64,000 nt of DNA from positions 531,231 through 595,230 of the forward strand of contig CBDBNP010000007.1 of assembly GCA_965207865.1 (NCBI GenBank). The letters run 5' to 3'. The position numbers and the translations under genes are program-made. This document shows, piece by piece, positions 16,711 to 26,411 of the stretch (the first letter of the stretch is position 1; each line of letters starts with the position of its first letter). This stretch comes from Dehalococcoidia bacterium (GTDB lineage: Bacteria; Chloroflexota; Dehalococcoidia; Lucifugimonadales; UBA3495). The notes below the pieces were generated by a model. The model was not told the DNA's origin, searched no databases, and worked only from the letters and a program-made list of their open reading frames with translations.

Positions 16711-16811
16711 CTGGCCAGCCGGGGGGAGCAAACCAACATACATGACAATCGGCACTATCCATAGCGAATAAATCAAGCAAATAAATCAGTTTTGATCTAA
16801 GGAGAGCAACC

Positions 16812-18710
16812 ATGCCTAAAGTCTTGGGCATAGACCTGGGAACTACCAACTCGGTAGCAGCCGTAATCGAGGCGGGCGAACCGGGCGTGGTCGAGAACGC
16901 CGAGGGCGCACGCCTGACCCCGTCGGTGGTGGCGCTGAATACCCGCACCGGTGAGCGGTACGTGGGACAGGTGGCGAAGCGACAGGCGGTCACCAATCCT
17001 GAGAATACCCTGTTTTCCGTCAAGCGGTTGATGGGACGCAGGTTTGACGATGCCGAGGTGCAGAACGCCGCTACCAAGCTGCCCTACGAGGTCGTAAGGT
17101 CTGACAACGGCGACGCCCACGTCAAGATGGGCGACCAGAGCTACGCGCCGCCACAGATATCGTCCTTTGTGCTTGCGAAGATCAAGCAGGACGCGGAAGC
17201 AAAGCTGGGAGAGCGCATCACCCAGGCAGTGATCACTGTGCCGGCTTACTTCAACGATTCTCAGCGCCAGGCCACCAAGGACGCCGGCACCATAGCCGGG
17301 CTGGACGTGCTGCGAATCATCAACGAGCCGACAGCCTCGTCCTTGGCCTACGGACTCGACAAGACCCGGACGGATGCCAACGTTGCCGTATTTGACCTCG
17401 GTGGTGGCACCTTCGACATCACAATCCTCCAGATGGGAGACGGAGTGTTCGAGGTCAAGTCCACCAATGGCGATACGTTCCTTGGCGGCGACGACTTCGA
17501 CCAGGCCATCCTTGAGTGGCTGATCGCGGAGTTCCGCCGCGAAACCGGCATTGACCTGGCCAACGACCGCATGGCCCTGCAGAGGCTGCGGGACGCCGCT
17601 GAGCGGGCCAAGGTGGAGCTGTCCAGCGTTGTCGAGACGGAGATCAACCTGCCCTTCATTACCGCCGATGCCAGCGGGCCGCAGCACCTGGTCAAGTCGC
17701 TCACCCGCGGGCGATTCGAACAACTGGTAAGGGGTCTCATCGACCGCACGGCGGGACCGTGCCAGCGGGCCATCGCCGATTCCGGCGTTTCCACCAGCCA
17801 GATTGACGAGGTCATCATGGTGGGCGGCATGTCCCGCATGCCGGCGGTGCAGGAGAAGGTCAAGGAGATCTTCGGCAAGGAACCCAACCGCAACGTCAAC
17901 CCGGACGAGGCGGTGGCCCTGGGCGCCGCCATACAGGCCGGCGTTCTGGCGGGTGAGGTTGGCGACATCGTCCTCCTGGATGTGACTCCCCTGACGCTAG
18001 GGCTGGAGACACTTGGTGGCGTGATGACCACCCTGATCCCAAGGAACACGACGATCCCGACCAAGAAGAACGAGATGTTCACCACCGCCGCCGATAGCCA
18101 GCCGGCCGTGGACATCCATGTGCTGCAGGGCGAACGTAGTATGGCCGGCGACAACAAGTCCATCGGCATGTTCAAGCTGGACGGTATCGTCCCGGCGCCC
18201 CGGGGGATTCCCCAGATCGAAGTCACTTTCGACATCGACGCCAACGGCATCCTGAGCGTGTCGGCCCAGGACAAGGGCACCGGGAAGGCACAGAGCATCG
18301 TGATCCAGTCCGGGTCGGGCATGGACAAGTCCGACATTGACCGGATGGTGGACGAGGCCCGGCAGTATGAGGCAGAGGACCAACAGCGCCGCCAGGAGGT
18401 CGACACCCGCAACCAGGCCGACTCCATGGTCTACCAGGCCGAGAAGCTGCTGAACGACAATGCCGACAAGGTGCCGCAGGAGCTGCGCGCCGAGGTCCAG
18501 ACCAAGATCGACGCTCTGCGCGCCGCGTCGGCCTCCGGGAGCGTCGCCGAGATGCAGACGGCTATAAACGAGCTGAATGAGGTCCTTCAAAGGCTGGGCG
18601 AGGTGGTGTACAGCCAAGCCGCGGCGCCGGGCCCTGGCGGACCCGAGGGCCCAACGGACGGCCCGTCCGACGACGCCGGGACCGTGGAGGGCGAGTTCCG
18701 GGAGGTATAG
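16812..18710 (+). CDS. dnaK: molecular chaperone DnaK (Hsp70)
   Basis: 632 aa with an AAGGAG RBS. Contains [17 protein letters not shown] and the rest of the canonical Hsp70 sequence. Confidence 0.97.
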   Translation: MPKVLGIDLGTTNSVAAVIEAGEPGVVENAEGARLTPSVVALNTRTGERYVGQVAKRQAVTNPENTLFSVKRLMGRRFDDAEVQNAATKLPYEVVRSDNGDAHVKMGDQSYAPPQISSFVLAKIKQDAEAKLGERITQAVITVPAYFNDSQRQATKDAGTIAGLDVLRIINEPTASSLAYGLDKTRTDANVAVFDLGGGTFDITILQMGDGVFEVKSTNGDTFLGGDDFDQAILEWLIAEFRRETGIDLANDRMALQRLRDAAERAKVELSSVVETEINLPFITADASGPQHLVKSLTRGRFEQLVRGLIDRTAGPCQRAIADSGVSTSQIDEVIMVGGMSRMPAVQEKVKEIFGKEPNRNVNPDEAVALGAAIQAGVLAGEVGDIVLLDVTPLTLGLETLGGVMTTLIPRNTTIPTKKNEMFTTAADSQPAVDIHVLQGERSMAGDNKSIGMFKLDGIVPAPRGIPQIEVTFDIDANGILSVSAQDKGTGKAQSIVIQSGSGMDKSDIDRMVDEARQYEAEDQQRRQEVDTRNQADSMVYQAEKLLNDNADKVPQELRAEVQTKIDALRAASASGSVAEMQTAINELNEVLQRLGEVVYSQAAAPGPGGPEGPTDGPSDDAGTVEGEFREV

Positions 18711-18746
18711 GGCCAGCGCCATCCCATTGACCGAGAACTTAACACC

Positions 18747-18786
18747 GGGGTGAGGGGTCTACCGAAACGTCCCTCACCCCTTCCAG
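18747..18786 (+). terminator. hairpin terminator after dnaK
   Basis: GGGGTGAGGG-N14-CCCTCACCCC followed by TTCC (weak T tract). Confidence 0.55.
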
Positions 18787-18854
18787 AACAGCGATGATCT
18801 TTCAAAACCGAACGCCAGGCAGCCTCTCAAACGATTACGTCAATTTTCACGCTC

Positions 18855-18863
18855 TGATATAAT
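18855..18863 (+). promoter_or_regulatory. extended -10 element (TGaTATAAT)
   Basis: TG at 18855-56 and TATAAT at 18858-63, about 90 nt upstream of the 18951 ORF. No good -35 element. Confidence 0.4.
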
Positions 18864-18950
18864 TGGGTTTTAATCGACCCGTAGGTCGAATAAATCAAAC
18901 GCACGCAATCATCTGGGTAACCCTTTGGTTGAGAGCGGACGGAGTTCATC

Positions 18951-19268
18951 ATGAACGCGCAACCAGAACATGCAGACCAAGAAGTACTGGGTACCGAAGA
19001 CGAATTCACCCCGGTAATAGGAACGCCGGACATCAGTGAGTGGCGGGTGGATGGAGTGCACCGCGATCTGACTCCCCTGCAGTACCATTACCTGAGCCTG
19101 ATGCAGCGTTTGATTAGTCTGAAGGACCGTTACCAGGTTGACGCCGACCACGAGGAATGGTTGATGTCGGCCATCAACAAGTCGATATTCTCTACTCTGC
19201 GCGACTGTATCGAGGCCAGCGTAGGTGACGAGGCCAAAGACCTGATTCATCCCCAGCAGCGCGTGTAG
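18951..19268 (+). CDS. hypothetical acidic protein
   Basis: 105-aa ORF with its own promoter-like element and a strong terminator. No family recognised. Confidence 0.55.
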   Translation: MNAQPEHADQEVLGTEDEFTPVIGTPDISEWRVDGVHRDLTPLQYHYLSLMQRLISLKDRYQVDADHEEWLMSAINKSIFSTLRDCIEASVGDEAKDLIHPQQRV

Positions 19269-19320
19269 CAGAACTTGCTAATTCTGCCGAGACTTCCCGT
19301 TTAATTGCCTGGTCTTGAGG

Positions 19321-19353
19321 ATAGCCCTCCTAAGTTAGGAGGGCTATTGCTTT
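19321..19353 (+). terminator. intrinsic terminator
   Basis: ATAGCCCTCCT-AAGTT-AGGAGGGCTAT (11-bp stem) followed by TGCTTTG. Confidence 0.7.
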
Positions 19354-19451
19354 GCCTCGGCCAATGCTGCATCGGGATCGCGCAATGTGCTGCCGTTCAG
19401 CGCTTCGGGACTGCCGGGAACCGCCAGCAGCAGCGGTCACCTGAAATCTCG

Positions 19452-20579
19452 TCAGGCCATCGCGCCATGGACGGGAAACACCTGCTCCTTCAGAGCCGCC
19501 ACTGTCTCCCCTGCGTGGCGCCGGATGTCGAGCCGCAGATTCGCAGGAACCTCCGGAGAGCCGCTGTCCCTGAGATGCCCGATCCCGTGTTCCAGAGCAA
19601 AGTCCCTGGGTAGCGTGTCCGGCCACTCCTCTCCCAGCATTACCCCGTATGCCAGCGTCCAGGCCCTCGCGACCGCCATCAGATCGTAGCCGCCCCCGCC
19701 CGTCGCCAGCCAGGGCAGTCCGAGGCTCGCGAACTCACGTATCACCTCCACGAATCCCATCGTGGTCAATTGCAGGTGCGTAAGGGGGTCCGAATGATAG
19801 CTGTCGATCCCCAGCTGTGTGACGAGCACATCCGGAGCGAAGGCCCGGACCAGTGGCGGAACGATCTGCTTGAAGGCATCCAGGTACACATCGTCGCCAG
19901 TGTATGGGAACAGCGGCAGGTTAACCGAATACCCCTTGCCTCGCCCCTGTCCCTGTTCGCCGACGAATCCGGTCCCGGGGAACAGGTATCTGCCCGACTC
20001 GTGCATCGAAATGGTCAGCACCCGATCGTCGTCGAAGAAGGCATCCTGCACACCATCGCCGTGGTGAGCGTCGACATCTATGTACACCACCCGCATACCC
20101 CGGCGGAGAAAGTAATGGACCGCCAGCGCCGGGTCGTTGAACACGCAGAACCCGGAGGCATGGCCCGCCGCAGCGTGGTGCAGCCCTCCGGAGATGTTGA
20201 AGGCGACGTCGACGGACCTGTTGGCGATCATTTCCGCGGCCAGGAGAGTGGCACCGGAACTCAGCGTCGCAGCCTCGTACATTCCCGTGTAATACGGGTT
20301 GTCCCCCTGGAGGCTGAAGTTGAACCTGTGCGCCTCCTGGGTCCCTTCTCCCGCGCTGAGACGCCTCACCGCCTCGATGTACTGGGGTGTATGCAACCAG
20401 CCGAGCTCATCCTCGACCGCAGCCCGCGGGCTGACCAGAACTGCGTTTTCGTGTTCGAAAGCGTCATAGCCACGCAGCAGTTCGTAGGTGTACCGCAACC
20501 TGACCGGGCGCATGGGATGGTCTCCCCTCAGTTCGTGCTGCGACATCAGATCATCGTATACAAACGCTGCCCGGGGCAT
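19452..20579 (-). CDS. histone deacetylase-family amidohydrolase (AcuC / acetylpolyamine deacetylase-like)
   Basis: 375 aa. Contains GGLHHAAAGHASGFCVFND, DVDAHHGDGVQDAF and GGGGY. Confidence 0.85.
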   Translation of the reverse strand: MPRAAFVYDDLMSQHELRGDHPMRPVRLRYTYELLRGYDAFEHENAVLVSPRAAVEDELGWLHTPQYIEAVRRLSAGEGTQEAHRFNFSLQGDNPYYTGMYEAATLSSGATLLAAEMIANRSVDVAFNISGGLHHAAAGHASGFCVFNDPALAVHYFLRRGMRVVYIDVDAHHGDGVQDAFFDDDRVLTISMHESGRYLFPGTGFVGEQGQGRGKGYSVNLPLFPYTGDDVYLDAFKQIVPPLVRAFAPDVLVTQLGIDSYHSDPLTHLQLTTMGFVEVIREFASLGLPWLATGGGGYDLMAVARAWTLAYGVMLGEEWPDTLPRDFALEHGIGHLRDSGSPEVPANLRLDIRRHAGETVAALKEQVFPVHGAMA

Positions 20580-21209
20580 GGCCTCCCTCCTGAAACAGTG
20601 GGTTTCTGCCGGTCTCGTAACCTCGATAGCCTACCTTTACGTTTGGCTTACAGTGCCTCGGGCAGGCCGGTTCGGGACAATTGACTGCCTGACTGGAGCG
20701 ATTCAGATTCCGTTGTCAAGAATACACCTGGCGGCAGACCCATGGGAGCACGGGCAACGGTAAACTGCATCCGCCACAGTGATGCAACCGTACCGAATTT
20801 TTCTTTTTCTAAAAATTGGGTGAAAATTGCATCTCAGATGAATGTAATGGCAAGGTGGGTGGGGTTATATTAGATAACGCAACGGGATGACCGTTACGCA
20901 CTATTTACCGCCCTCTGGGCGGACATCGCGCCGGATCGCCAGGTTTCGGCCCAACTTGCCCCGATAGCCCAAAAAGCCGGGGCCTCAATAGAAGACATGG
21001 GGGTAAGCGTATAAAACGGCCAAACGCCGTTTCAGCCCGGGGGCTCGCGATTCCAGGCTGCCTCAGACCGGGGACCTCAGCCAATCAGCCCGTTGCATCG
21101 AGCCCGGGAGCAGAACCAGGCAGGCCATTGGCTCATTTTTCACTTTATTTTGCCATTGGACTGTAACGTGCGCCTTCCATAGAACATCTTAGTCTGAGGA
21201 GAGATTGCC

Positions 21210-21860
21210 ATGCCCATAGAGTTCGACGAATCCATGCAACAGCGGCTCAAGCAGGCCGAGATGGCGGAACGGGAGTTGGCGCGCCTGCAGCCCCTCGCCG
21301 AAGAGGCTCCCGAGCTTAGGACCAGGCAGGAGCGGGCCATGAAGTTCGAGGACAGCCTGCACCGCCGGGATCAGTGCCTTGAAGAGGCCGAGCAAATGGT
21401 GGCCTCGGCCAGCACCAGGCAGGAGGAAATCCCGGAACTGCTGAATAACGCGTCCCAGGCCGTCGCCGCCCTGTTCGCTGCCATGAAAGACGTCAAGAGC
21501 CGACGACGCCGCGCCGCCGAGGCCCTGGCCGTAGTCGACCGCGTCGATTATGACATTGAGCTGGAGGAGGTTGGCGAGGAGCAGCGCCAGTACGACCGCG
21601 ACCCGCGGGGGCTGGCCTACGCCCTGGCCGCCCGCCACGGTGAGTCCAGGGTCCAGCACATGCTGGAGGAAATGGACCCCGGCTTCGACCTGCTCAAGAA
21701 CTGCAACATGCACGATGCCCTGCATCGCGACGTTTCGGACTTCGTTCTCGAACACGTCAACGCCAAGGAAAAGCCCGGCATCAAACCGGCCACCTTCCTC
21801 AAGACCACGGTGGTCCAGAGGGAACAGGACATGGAAGTGGAGATGGCCACCAGCGAATAG
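21210..21860 (+). CDS. hypothetical coiled-coil protein
   Basis: 216-aa ORF with a GAGGAG RBS and a terminator hairpin downstream. Glu/Arg-rich helical N-half. No family recognised. Confidence 0.6.
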   Translation: MPIEFDESMQQRLKQAEMAERELARLQPLAEEAPELRTRQERAMKFEDSLHRRDQCLEEAEQMVASASTRQEEIPELLNNASQAVAALFAAMKDVKSRRRRAAEALAVVDRVDYDIELEEVGEEQRQYDRDPRGLAYALAARHGESRVQHMLEEMDPGFDLLKNCNMHDALHRDVSDFVLEHVNAKEKPGIKPATFLKTTVVQREQDMEVEMATSE

Positions 21861-21888
21861 ACGCCGTCCATCCTGCAGGAAGGCCTTC

Positions 21889-21918
21889 GGGGCGCCCATC
21901 CAGGGCGCCCTTTACTTA
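21889..21918 (+). terminator. hairpin terminator
   Basis: GGGCGCCC-ATCCA-GGGCGCCC followed by TTTACTT. Confidence 0.55.
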
Positions 21919-22045
21919 TATCCGGCCAACGCGATCCGCAAATAAACACGAGCCACCCAGTCCGATGGTGGCCCACGACCGCCATCACGGTCGTTGACCG
22001 CCCTGTTCCCCCGATATAGACTCTCGCCATCCCCACTCTCGGGAG

Positions 22046-22813
22046 GTGACTGTGGTCACGCTGGACCAATACGCGAACAACTACCAGAATATCCGGTTCG
22101 AGCGCCGCAACGGAATTCTGCAGATGACGTTCCACACCAACGGCGGACCGCTGCAGTGGGGCGGCGGGCCCCACGAGGAATTCCCCCGCGCTTTCGCCGA
22201 TGTCGGCAGCGACAGGGAGAACCGGGTGATCATCATGACCGGAACGGGAGACGCATTCTCCGGTCCCCAGGGAACCGCAGCGGGCGCCCCCAAGCGCACT
22301 CCCGAGCAATGGGACAGCACCTACTGGGAGGGCAAGAAACTTCTCGGCAACTTGCTGGACATCGAAGTTCCGATGATCGCGGCGGTCAACGGCCCCGCAC
22401 TGCGCCACTCCGAGATCCCTCTTCTGTGCGACATCGTGCTGGCGGCTGATACTGCTGCCTTCCAGGACTCGGGGCATTTCATGAGCAACCTGGTACCCGG
22501 CGACGGTGTTCACATCGTCTATCCCATGTTGCTGGGGGCCAACCGGGGCCGCTATTTCCTGCTTACGGGCCAGTCCATAGGTGCCCAAGAGGCGCTGAAT
22601 CTCGGCCTCGTTGGCGAGGTGATGGCGCAGGATGTCCTGGTGGACAGGGCCTGGGAGTTGGCAGAGCAACTCGCCGAAAAGTCCGACCTGGTGCTGCGTT
22701 ACACCAGGGTCGCCACCACGCAGTACATCAAACGGCTGATGCAGGACCTCCTGGGGTATGGTCTGGCGCTTGAGGGACTGGGGTCCGCGGACTCGCTGCT
22801 GCGCCAGCAATAG
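22046..22813 (+). CDS. enoyl-CoA hydratase/isomerase (crotonase) family protein
   Basis: 255 aa, GTG start with a GGGAGGTG RBS. Crotonase pattern: VIIMTGTGDAFSG, MIAAVNGPA, LTGQSIGAQEALNLGLV. Confidence 0.8.
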   Translation: MTVVTLDQYANNYQNIRFERRNGILQMTFHTNGGPLQWGGGPHEEFPRAFADVGSDRENRVIIMTGTGDAFSGPQGTAAGAPKRTPEQWDSTYWEGKKLLGNLLDIEVPMIAAVNGPALRHSEIPLLCDIVLAADTAAFQDSGHFMSNLVPGDGVHIVYPMLLGANRGRYFLLTGQSIGAQEALNLGLVGEVMAQDVLVDRAWELAEQLAEKSDLVLRYTRVATTQYIKRLMQDLLGYGLALEGLGSADSLLRQQ

Positions 22814-22882
22814 GGTCTTTCCGGAGCCAAAGTCTGACAGTCCAGACTTGAAAAGCAAGAGTCATTCTGGCAATATGAGGCT

Positions 22883-23803
22883 ATGCGAGTAGGGGCATTT
22901 GAATTAACAGATCCGGTTCCTGAACTGAAGGACCCGCACGTGTTCGCCATGATCCGCCCGTGGGTGGACGTGGGCAGCGTGGGCACCCTGACCCTCAATC
23001 GGCTGGAACGATTCATGGGGTCGAAGGAGCTTGGCCGGCTGCACCGGCCCGGGACGTTTTTCGACTTCACCCGCTACCGGCCCAATATGCGCCTGGTAGA
23101 CGGGGCGCGGCAGGTCAAGATCCCCAACAGCACCATCCGGTATGCCACCACGGAAAACGGCCCGGACTACCTTTTCTTCCACCTGCTGGAGCCTCACTCC
23201 AACGGGGAGGACTACACCGACTCCATCATGGAGGTGGTGAAGTATTTCGGCGTCAAGCGTTACTGCCGTGTCGGGGCGATGTACGACGCCGTACCCCACA
23301 CCCGTCCGCTGCTGGTCACCGGTTCGTTGGGCGAGGTGGAGCAGAAACGGACGGTACCCAATTTCAAGTTGTCGCAGAGCACATACCAGGGTCCGACCAC
23401 CATAATGAACCTTCTCTCCGAGGGAATAGAGAAGGAAAGCATTGAGACCATCAACTTCATGGTCCACCTTCCCCAGTATGTCCAACTGGAAGAAGACTAT
23501 GCTGGAACATCGCGAATGATCGAGGTCCTTTCGTCGGTTTACGACAACATACCCGCCGACCTGGCTCCGGTGCGCCGTGGCCAGCGTCAATACCGGGAGT
23601 TGAACGCCTCCGTCGACCGGAACTCAGAACTCAAGACCCTCATCCAGCAGATGGAACAGTATTATGACTCCCAGCTTACCGCCGAGGCACAGGCAGCCTC
23701 GGAGGAAAGCGGCAGCCCGGCGCCGGCATTGTCACCGGAGATCGAGGCCTTTCTCAGCGAACTCGGCGACCGACTGGACGGCGATCCGGAGCAGGACGAG
23801 TAG
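22883..23803 (+). CDS. PAC2 (proteasome assembly chaperone 2-like) family protein
   Basis: 306 aa. The N-terminus (LKDPHVFAMIRPWVDVGSVG...FFDFTRYRP) and the acidic C-terminal tail are typical of bacterial PAC2-family proteins. Confidence 0.75.
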   Translation: MRVGAFELTDPVPELKDPHVFAMIRPWVDVGSVGTLTLNRLERFMGSKELGRLHRPGTFFDFTRYRPNMRLVDGARQVKIPNSTIRYATTENGPDYLFFHLLEPHSNGEDYTDSIMEVVKYFGVKRYCRVGAMYDAVPHTRPLLVTGSLGEVEQKRTVPNFKLSQSTYQGPTTIMNLLSEGIEKESIETINFMVHLPQYVQLEEDYAGTSRMIEVLSSVYDNIPADLAPVRRGQRQYRELNASVDRNSELKTLIQQMEQYYDSQLTAEAQAASEESGSPAPALSPEIEAFLSELGDRLDGDPEQDE

Positions 23804-23936
23804 TCCGTTCAACCCTCCATACGCACATGTTTTCCCAGGAATAACGGCCGCGCCTTGACCAGCGTGGCCGTTGCTTTTGCCCCCCAACACAACTGGCATG
23901 CAAACGGTTCAAATTACGGCGGCAGGGAGAAATAGA

Positions 23937-24515
23937 ATGCAACTGAGCGAATTCGTAAAGGGATGCCTGGAGCACCACTACAACGCCATGGTCCGTTCCG
24001 TCAGCGGCCTGTCCGAGGAGGAACTGGCGTGGATGCCGACGCCCGAATGCTCATCCATTGGTTTCCTGGTATGGCATTACGGCAGGACCCTGGACCGCTG
24101 GGTCCACTCGCGACTCCAGGACATACCGCAACTATGGGAGCAGGGATGGGCCGAGCGCCTGGGGCAGCAGGACCTCGGTTCCGACGACACGGGCTACGGG
24201 TATGGACCCGAACAGCTGGCGTCCTTCAGGGTTCCCAACGCCGCGGCCCTGCTGGACTATGCCGCGGCGACTCTAGAGGCAGCCAACGCTTACCTGGACT
24301 CGGTCGGCGACCCGGCATTCGACGGAATGGAGGTCCGAAATCCGCGAGGGGGCACCATGTCCCTGGCCAACATGTGCCAGCAACTACTGTGGGAGTTCAA
24401 CCAGCACGGCGGGCAGATCGCCTATCTGAGGGGCATGCAACGAGGCCTTGAGGAACCAGGATACAGCGGGGGCATGCTGGAGAGACTTGCGGCCCGGGAG
24501 GCGAGCAATGGCTGA
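23937..24515 (+). CDS. DinB-family protein
   Basis: ORF track gives 23871..24515. ATG at 23937 has an AGGGAG RBS. A four-helix DinB-like pattern with His residues (WHYGRTLDRW ... FNQHGGQIAYLRG). Confidence 0.8.
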   Translation: MQLSEFVKGCLEHHYNAMVRSVSGLSEEELAWMPTPECSSIGFLVWHYGRTLDRWVHSRLQDIPQLWEQGWAERLGQQDLGSDDTGYGYGPEQLASFRVPNAAALLDYAAATLEAANAYLDSVGDPAFDGMEVRNPRGGTMSLANMCQQLLWEFNQHGGQIAYLRGMQRGLEEPGYSGGMLERLAAREASNG

Positions 24516-25230
24516 CGGCCAAATTCTGCTCATGGTCCAGATGACCTGCGCAAAAGAACATCTCGAGCCGTTCACAACCTGGTACAACAGCCACCTGCCA
24601 AACCTGCTGCGCATTCCGGGATACCAGTGGGCGCAGCGATACGTGAACCTCGATGGAAGCAACCGGTTCACTGCACTGTACGGCATCCGAAGCGCCGACG
24701 ACCTGCCCCCAATGCTTCAGTTTGGCGGACCAGACCTGCACCCCATAGCGGCATCCGAATTCTCGGCGTTCAGCACGCTGGATGGCATGAGCGACCATGT
24801 GGCCAACGTCTACGAGCAGGTTAGCGGCGCCCCGCTGCGAGATCCGCTTTTGCTGTCCGACACGCCGCTCAGCATCGTGAGCGCAGACGTGGATCCAGCT
24901 CACGAGGCCGAGTGGGACCGCTGGTACACCGAGTCCCACCTGCCCGGAGTGTTGAACGTGCCCGGCTATACTCGCGGGGCCCGATTCCGCATCCTGGATC
25001 ACCCAGCCCTTGCCGGCTTCAACACGGGCCCCAGGTATCTGGCAATTTACGAGTGCGACAGCGAGGAGATTCTGCCCACGCTGGTCCCTGGCGACCGGAT
25101 TCACCCGGAGGCGCAGGCTGAGCTTGACCGCTGGCAGGCCTATGGAGCCGTGCACGCCCGCAATTTCGGCTGGGGCTTCTACCGGCTTATTTCCAAGCAC
25201 TTCAAGTGGACTGACGTTCGGTCCGCATAG
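24508..25230 (+). CDS. tandem dimeric alpha/beta-barrel (DUF4286/EthD-like) protein
   Basis: The start overlaps the DinB stop (ATGGCTGA). Two repeats of the pattern E..F..WY...HLP.....PGY (FTTWYNSHLPNLLRIPGY and WDRWYTESHLPGVLNVPGY). Confidence 0.6.
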   Translation: MADGQILLMVQMTCAKEHLEPFTTWYNSHLPNLLRIPGYQWAQRYVNLDGSNRFTALYGIRSADDLPPMLQFGGPDLHPIAASEFSAFSTLDGMSDHVANVYEQVSGAPLRDPLLLSDTPLSIVSADVDPAHEAEWDRWYTESHLPGVLNVPGYTRGARFRILDHPALAGFNTGPRYLAIYECDSEEILPTLVPGDRIHPEAQAELDRWQAYGAVHARNFGWGFYRLISKHFKWTDVRSA

Positions 25231-25349
25231 TTTCAGCAAGAGAGAGTGGCCCCGGCCCCTTCGGAAGGGTTTACTTGCACCCTATCTGGCGTGGTGTAAG
25301 ATTGAAGGCGGCTTTCGCTGTTTTTCGATTCTGATTTTGGACAGGACTT

Positions 25350-26375
25350 ATGGCCTCAGACAGCAACGGCAGTAGGCGAGGCGTCATATTCTCCGGGATG
25401 CGACCCACCGGCCTGCTGCACCTTGGCAACTACATCGGAGCACTCCAGAACTGGGTCGCTCTGCAAAACGAATACGACTGCATCTACTGTGCCGTGGACA
25501 TCCACGCCCTCACGACGGTGGAATCACGGGCTGACACAGACGCCATTCAATCCAACATTGAGGACATGATCCTGGACTGGCTGGCCGCAGGCATCGACCC
25601 GGAGCGGAGTATCGTGTTCGTCCAGTCCCACGTGCCCGAGGTCATGACGCTTCACACGCTGCTGAGCATGGTCACGCCCCTCGGCTGGCTCATGCGCGTA
25701 CCCACCTTCAAGGAGAAGGTGCGGCAGATGGACGAGACCGAAGAGACCGTCAACTACGGCCTCGTCGGCTACCCGGTGCTCCAAACGGCCGACATCATCC
25801 TGTACAAGGCGGATACCGTGCCAGTCGGACAGGACCAGATTCCGCACATCGAGCTGTCGCGGGAGATAGCCCGCCGGTTCAACAACACATTCGGAGACAC
25901 TTTCCCTGAACCGCAGGTGAAGCTCACCGAGGCGCCCCTGCTGGTGGGCCTGGACGGACAGGCCAAGATGTCGAAGACTCTGGACAACCACCTGGACCTG
26001 GCAGCCAGTACCGAGGACACAACCAAGCGGGTGATGACGGCCTTCACCGACCCGCAGCGCACCACGCGGAACATCCCCGGGCGGCCCGAGGTGTGCAACG
26101 TGTACTCAATGCACCAGATGTTCGGTGCTGCGTCAGATGTGAGCACGATCTACAGTGAATGCACCACGGCGGCCCGCGGATGCGTCGACTGCAAACGCCA
26201 GCTCGCCGGCAGCATCAACGAGTTCCTGGAACCCATGCGGGAGCGTCGCCGGGAGTACGAGTCCCGGCCCGGTTACGTTCGCGAGATCCTCGACGAGGGC
26301 GGCAAGAAGGCACGGGCTATCGCCATCCGTACCATCGAGGAAGTTTATGAAAAGATGGGCCTTTCCGACCGATAG
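25350..26375 (+). CDS. trpS: tryptophan--tRNA ligase
   Basis: 341 aa. GLLHLGNY (HIGH motif), KMSKT (KMSKS motif) and a TrpRS-like overall sequence. Confidence 0.95.
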   Translation: MASDSNGSRRGVIFSGMRPTGLLHLGNYIGALQNWVALQNEYDCIYCAVDIHALTTVESRADTDAIQSNIEDMILDWLAAGIDPERSIVFVQSHVPEVMTLHTLLSMVTPLGWLMRVPTFKEKVRQMDETEETVNYGLVGYPVLQTADIILYKADTVPVGQDQIPHIELSREIARRFNNTFGDTFPEPQVKLTEAPLLVGLDGQAKMSKTLDNHLDLAASTEDTTKRVMTAFTDPQRTTRNIPGRPEVCNVYSMHQMFGAASDVSTIYSECTTAARGCVDCKRQLAGSINEFLEPMRERRREYESRPGYVREILDEGGKKARAIAIRTIEEVYEKMGLSDR

Positions 26376-26411
26376 CGGAGCCCGGAATTCCGACCACCAC
26401 ACTGAGGAATC

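Noticed and set aside
20580-21209. Tested by eye for tmRNA, RNase P RNA, SRP RNA and tRNA or tRNA-Sec features.
   Set aside because: No GAGGAAAGUCC, no GGUUCGAxUCC T-arm with a matching stem, no SRP GGAA/AGCA motifs and no tag-peptide frame were found. The region is kept only as an unexplained non-coding gap.
25231-25349. Leader of trpS considered as a T-box or attenuator.
   Set aside because: The 119-nt gap is too short for a T-box. Only a weak hairpin plus a T5 run is present, and no specifier or T-box sequence was recognised.
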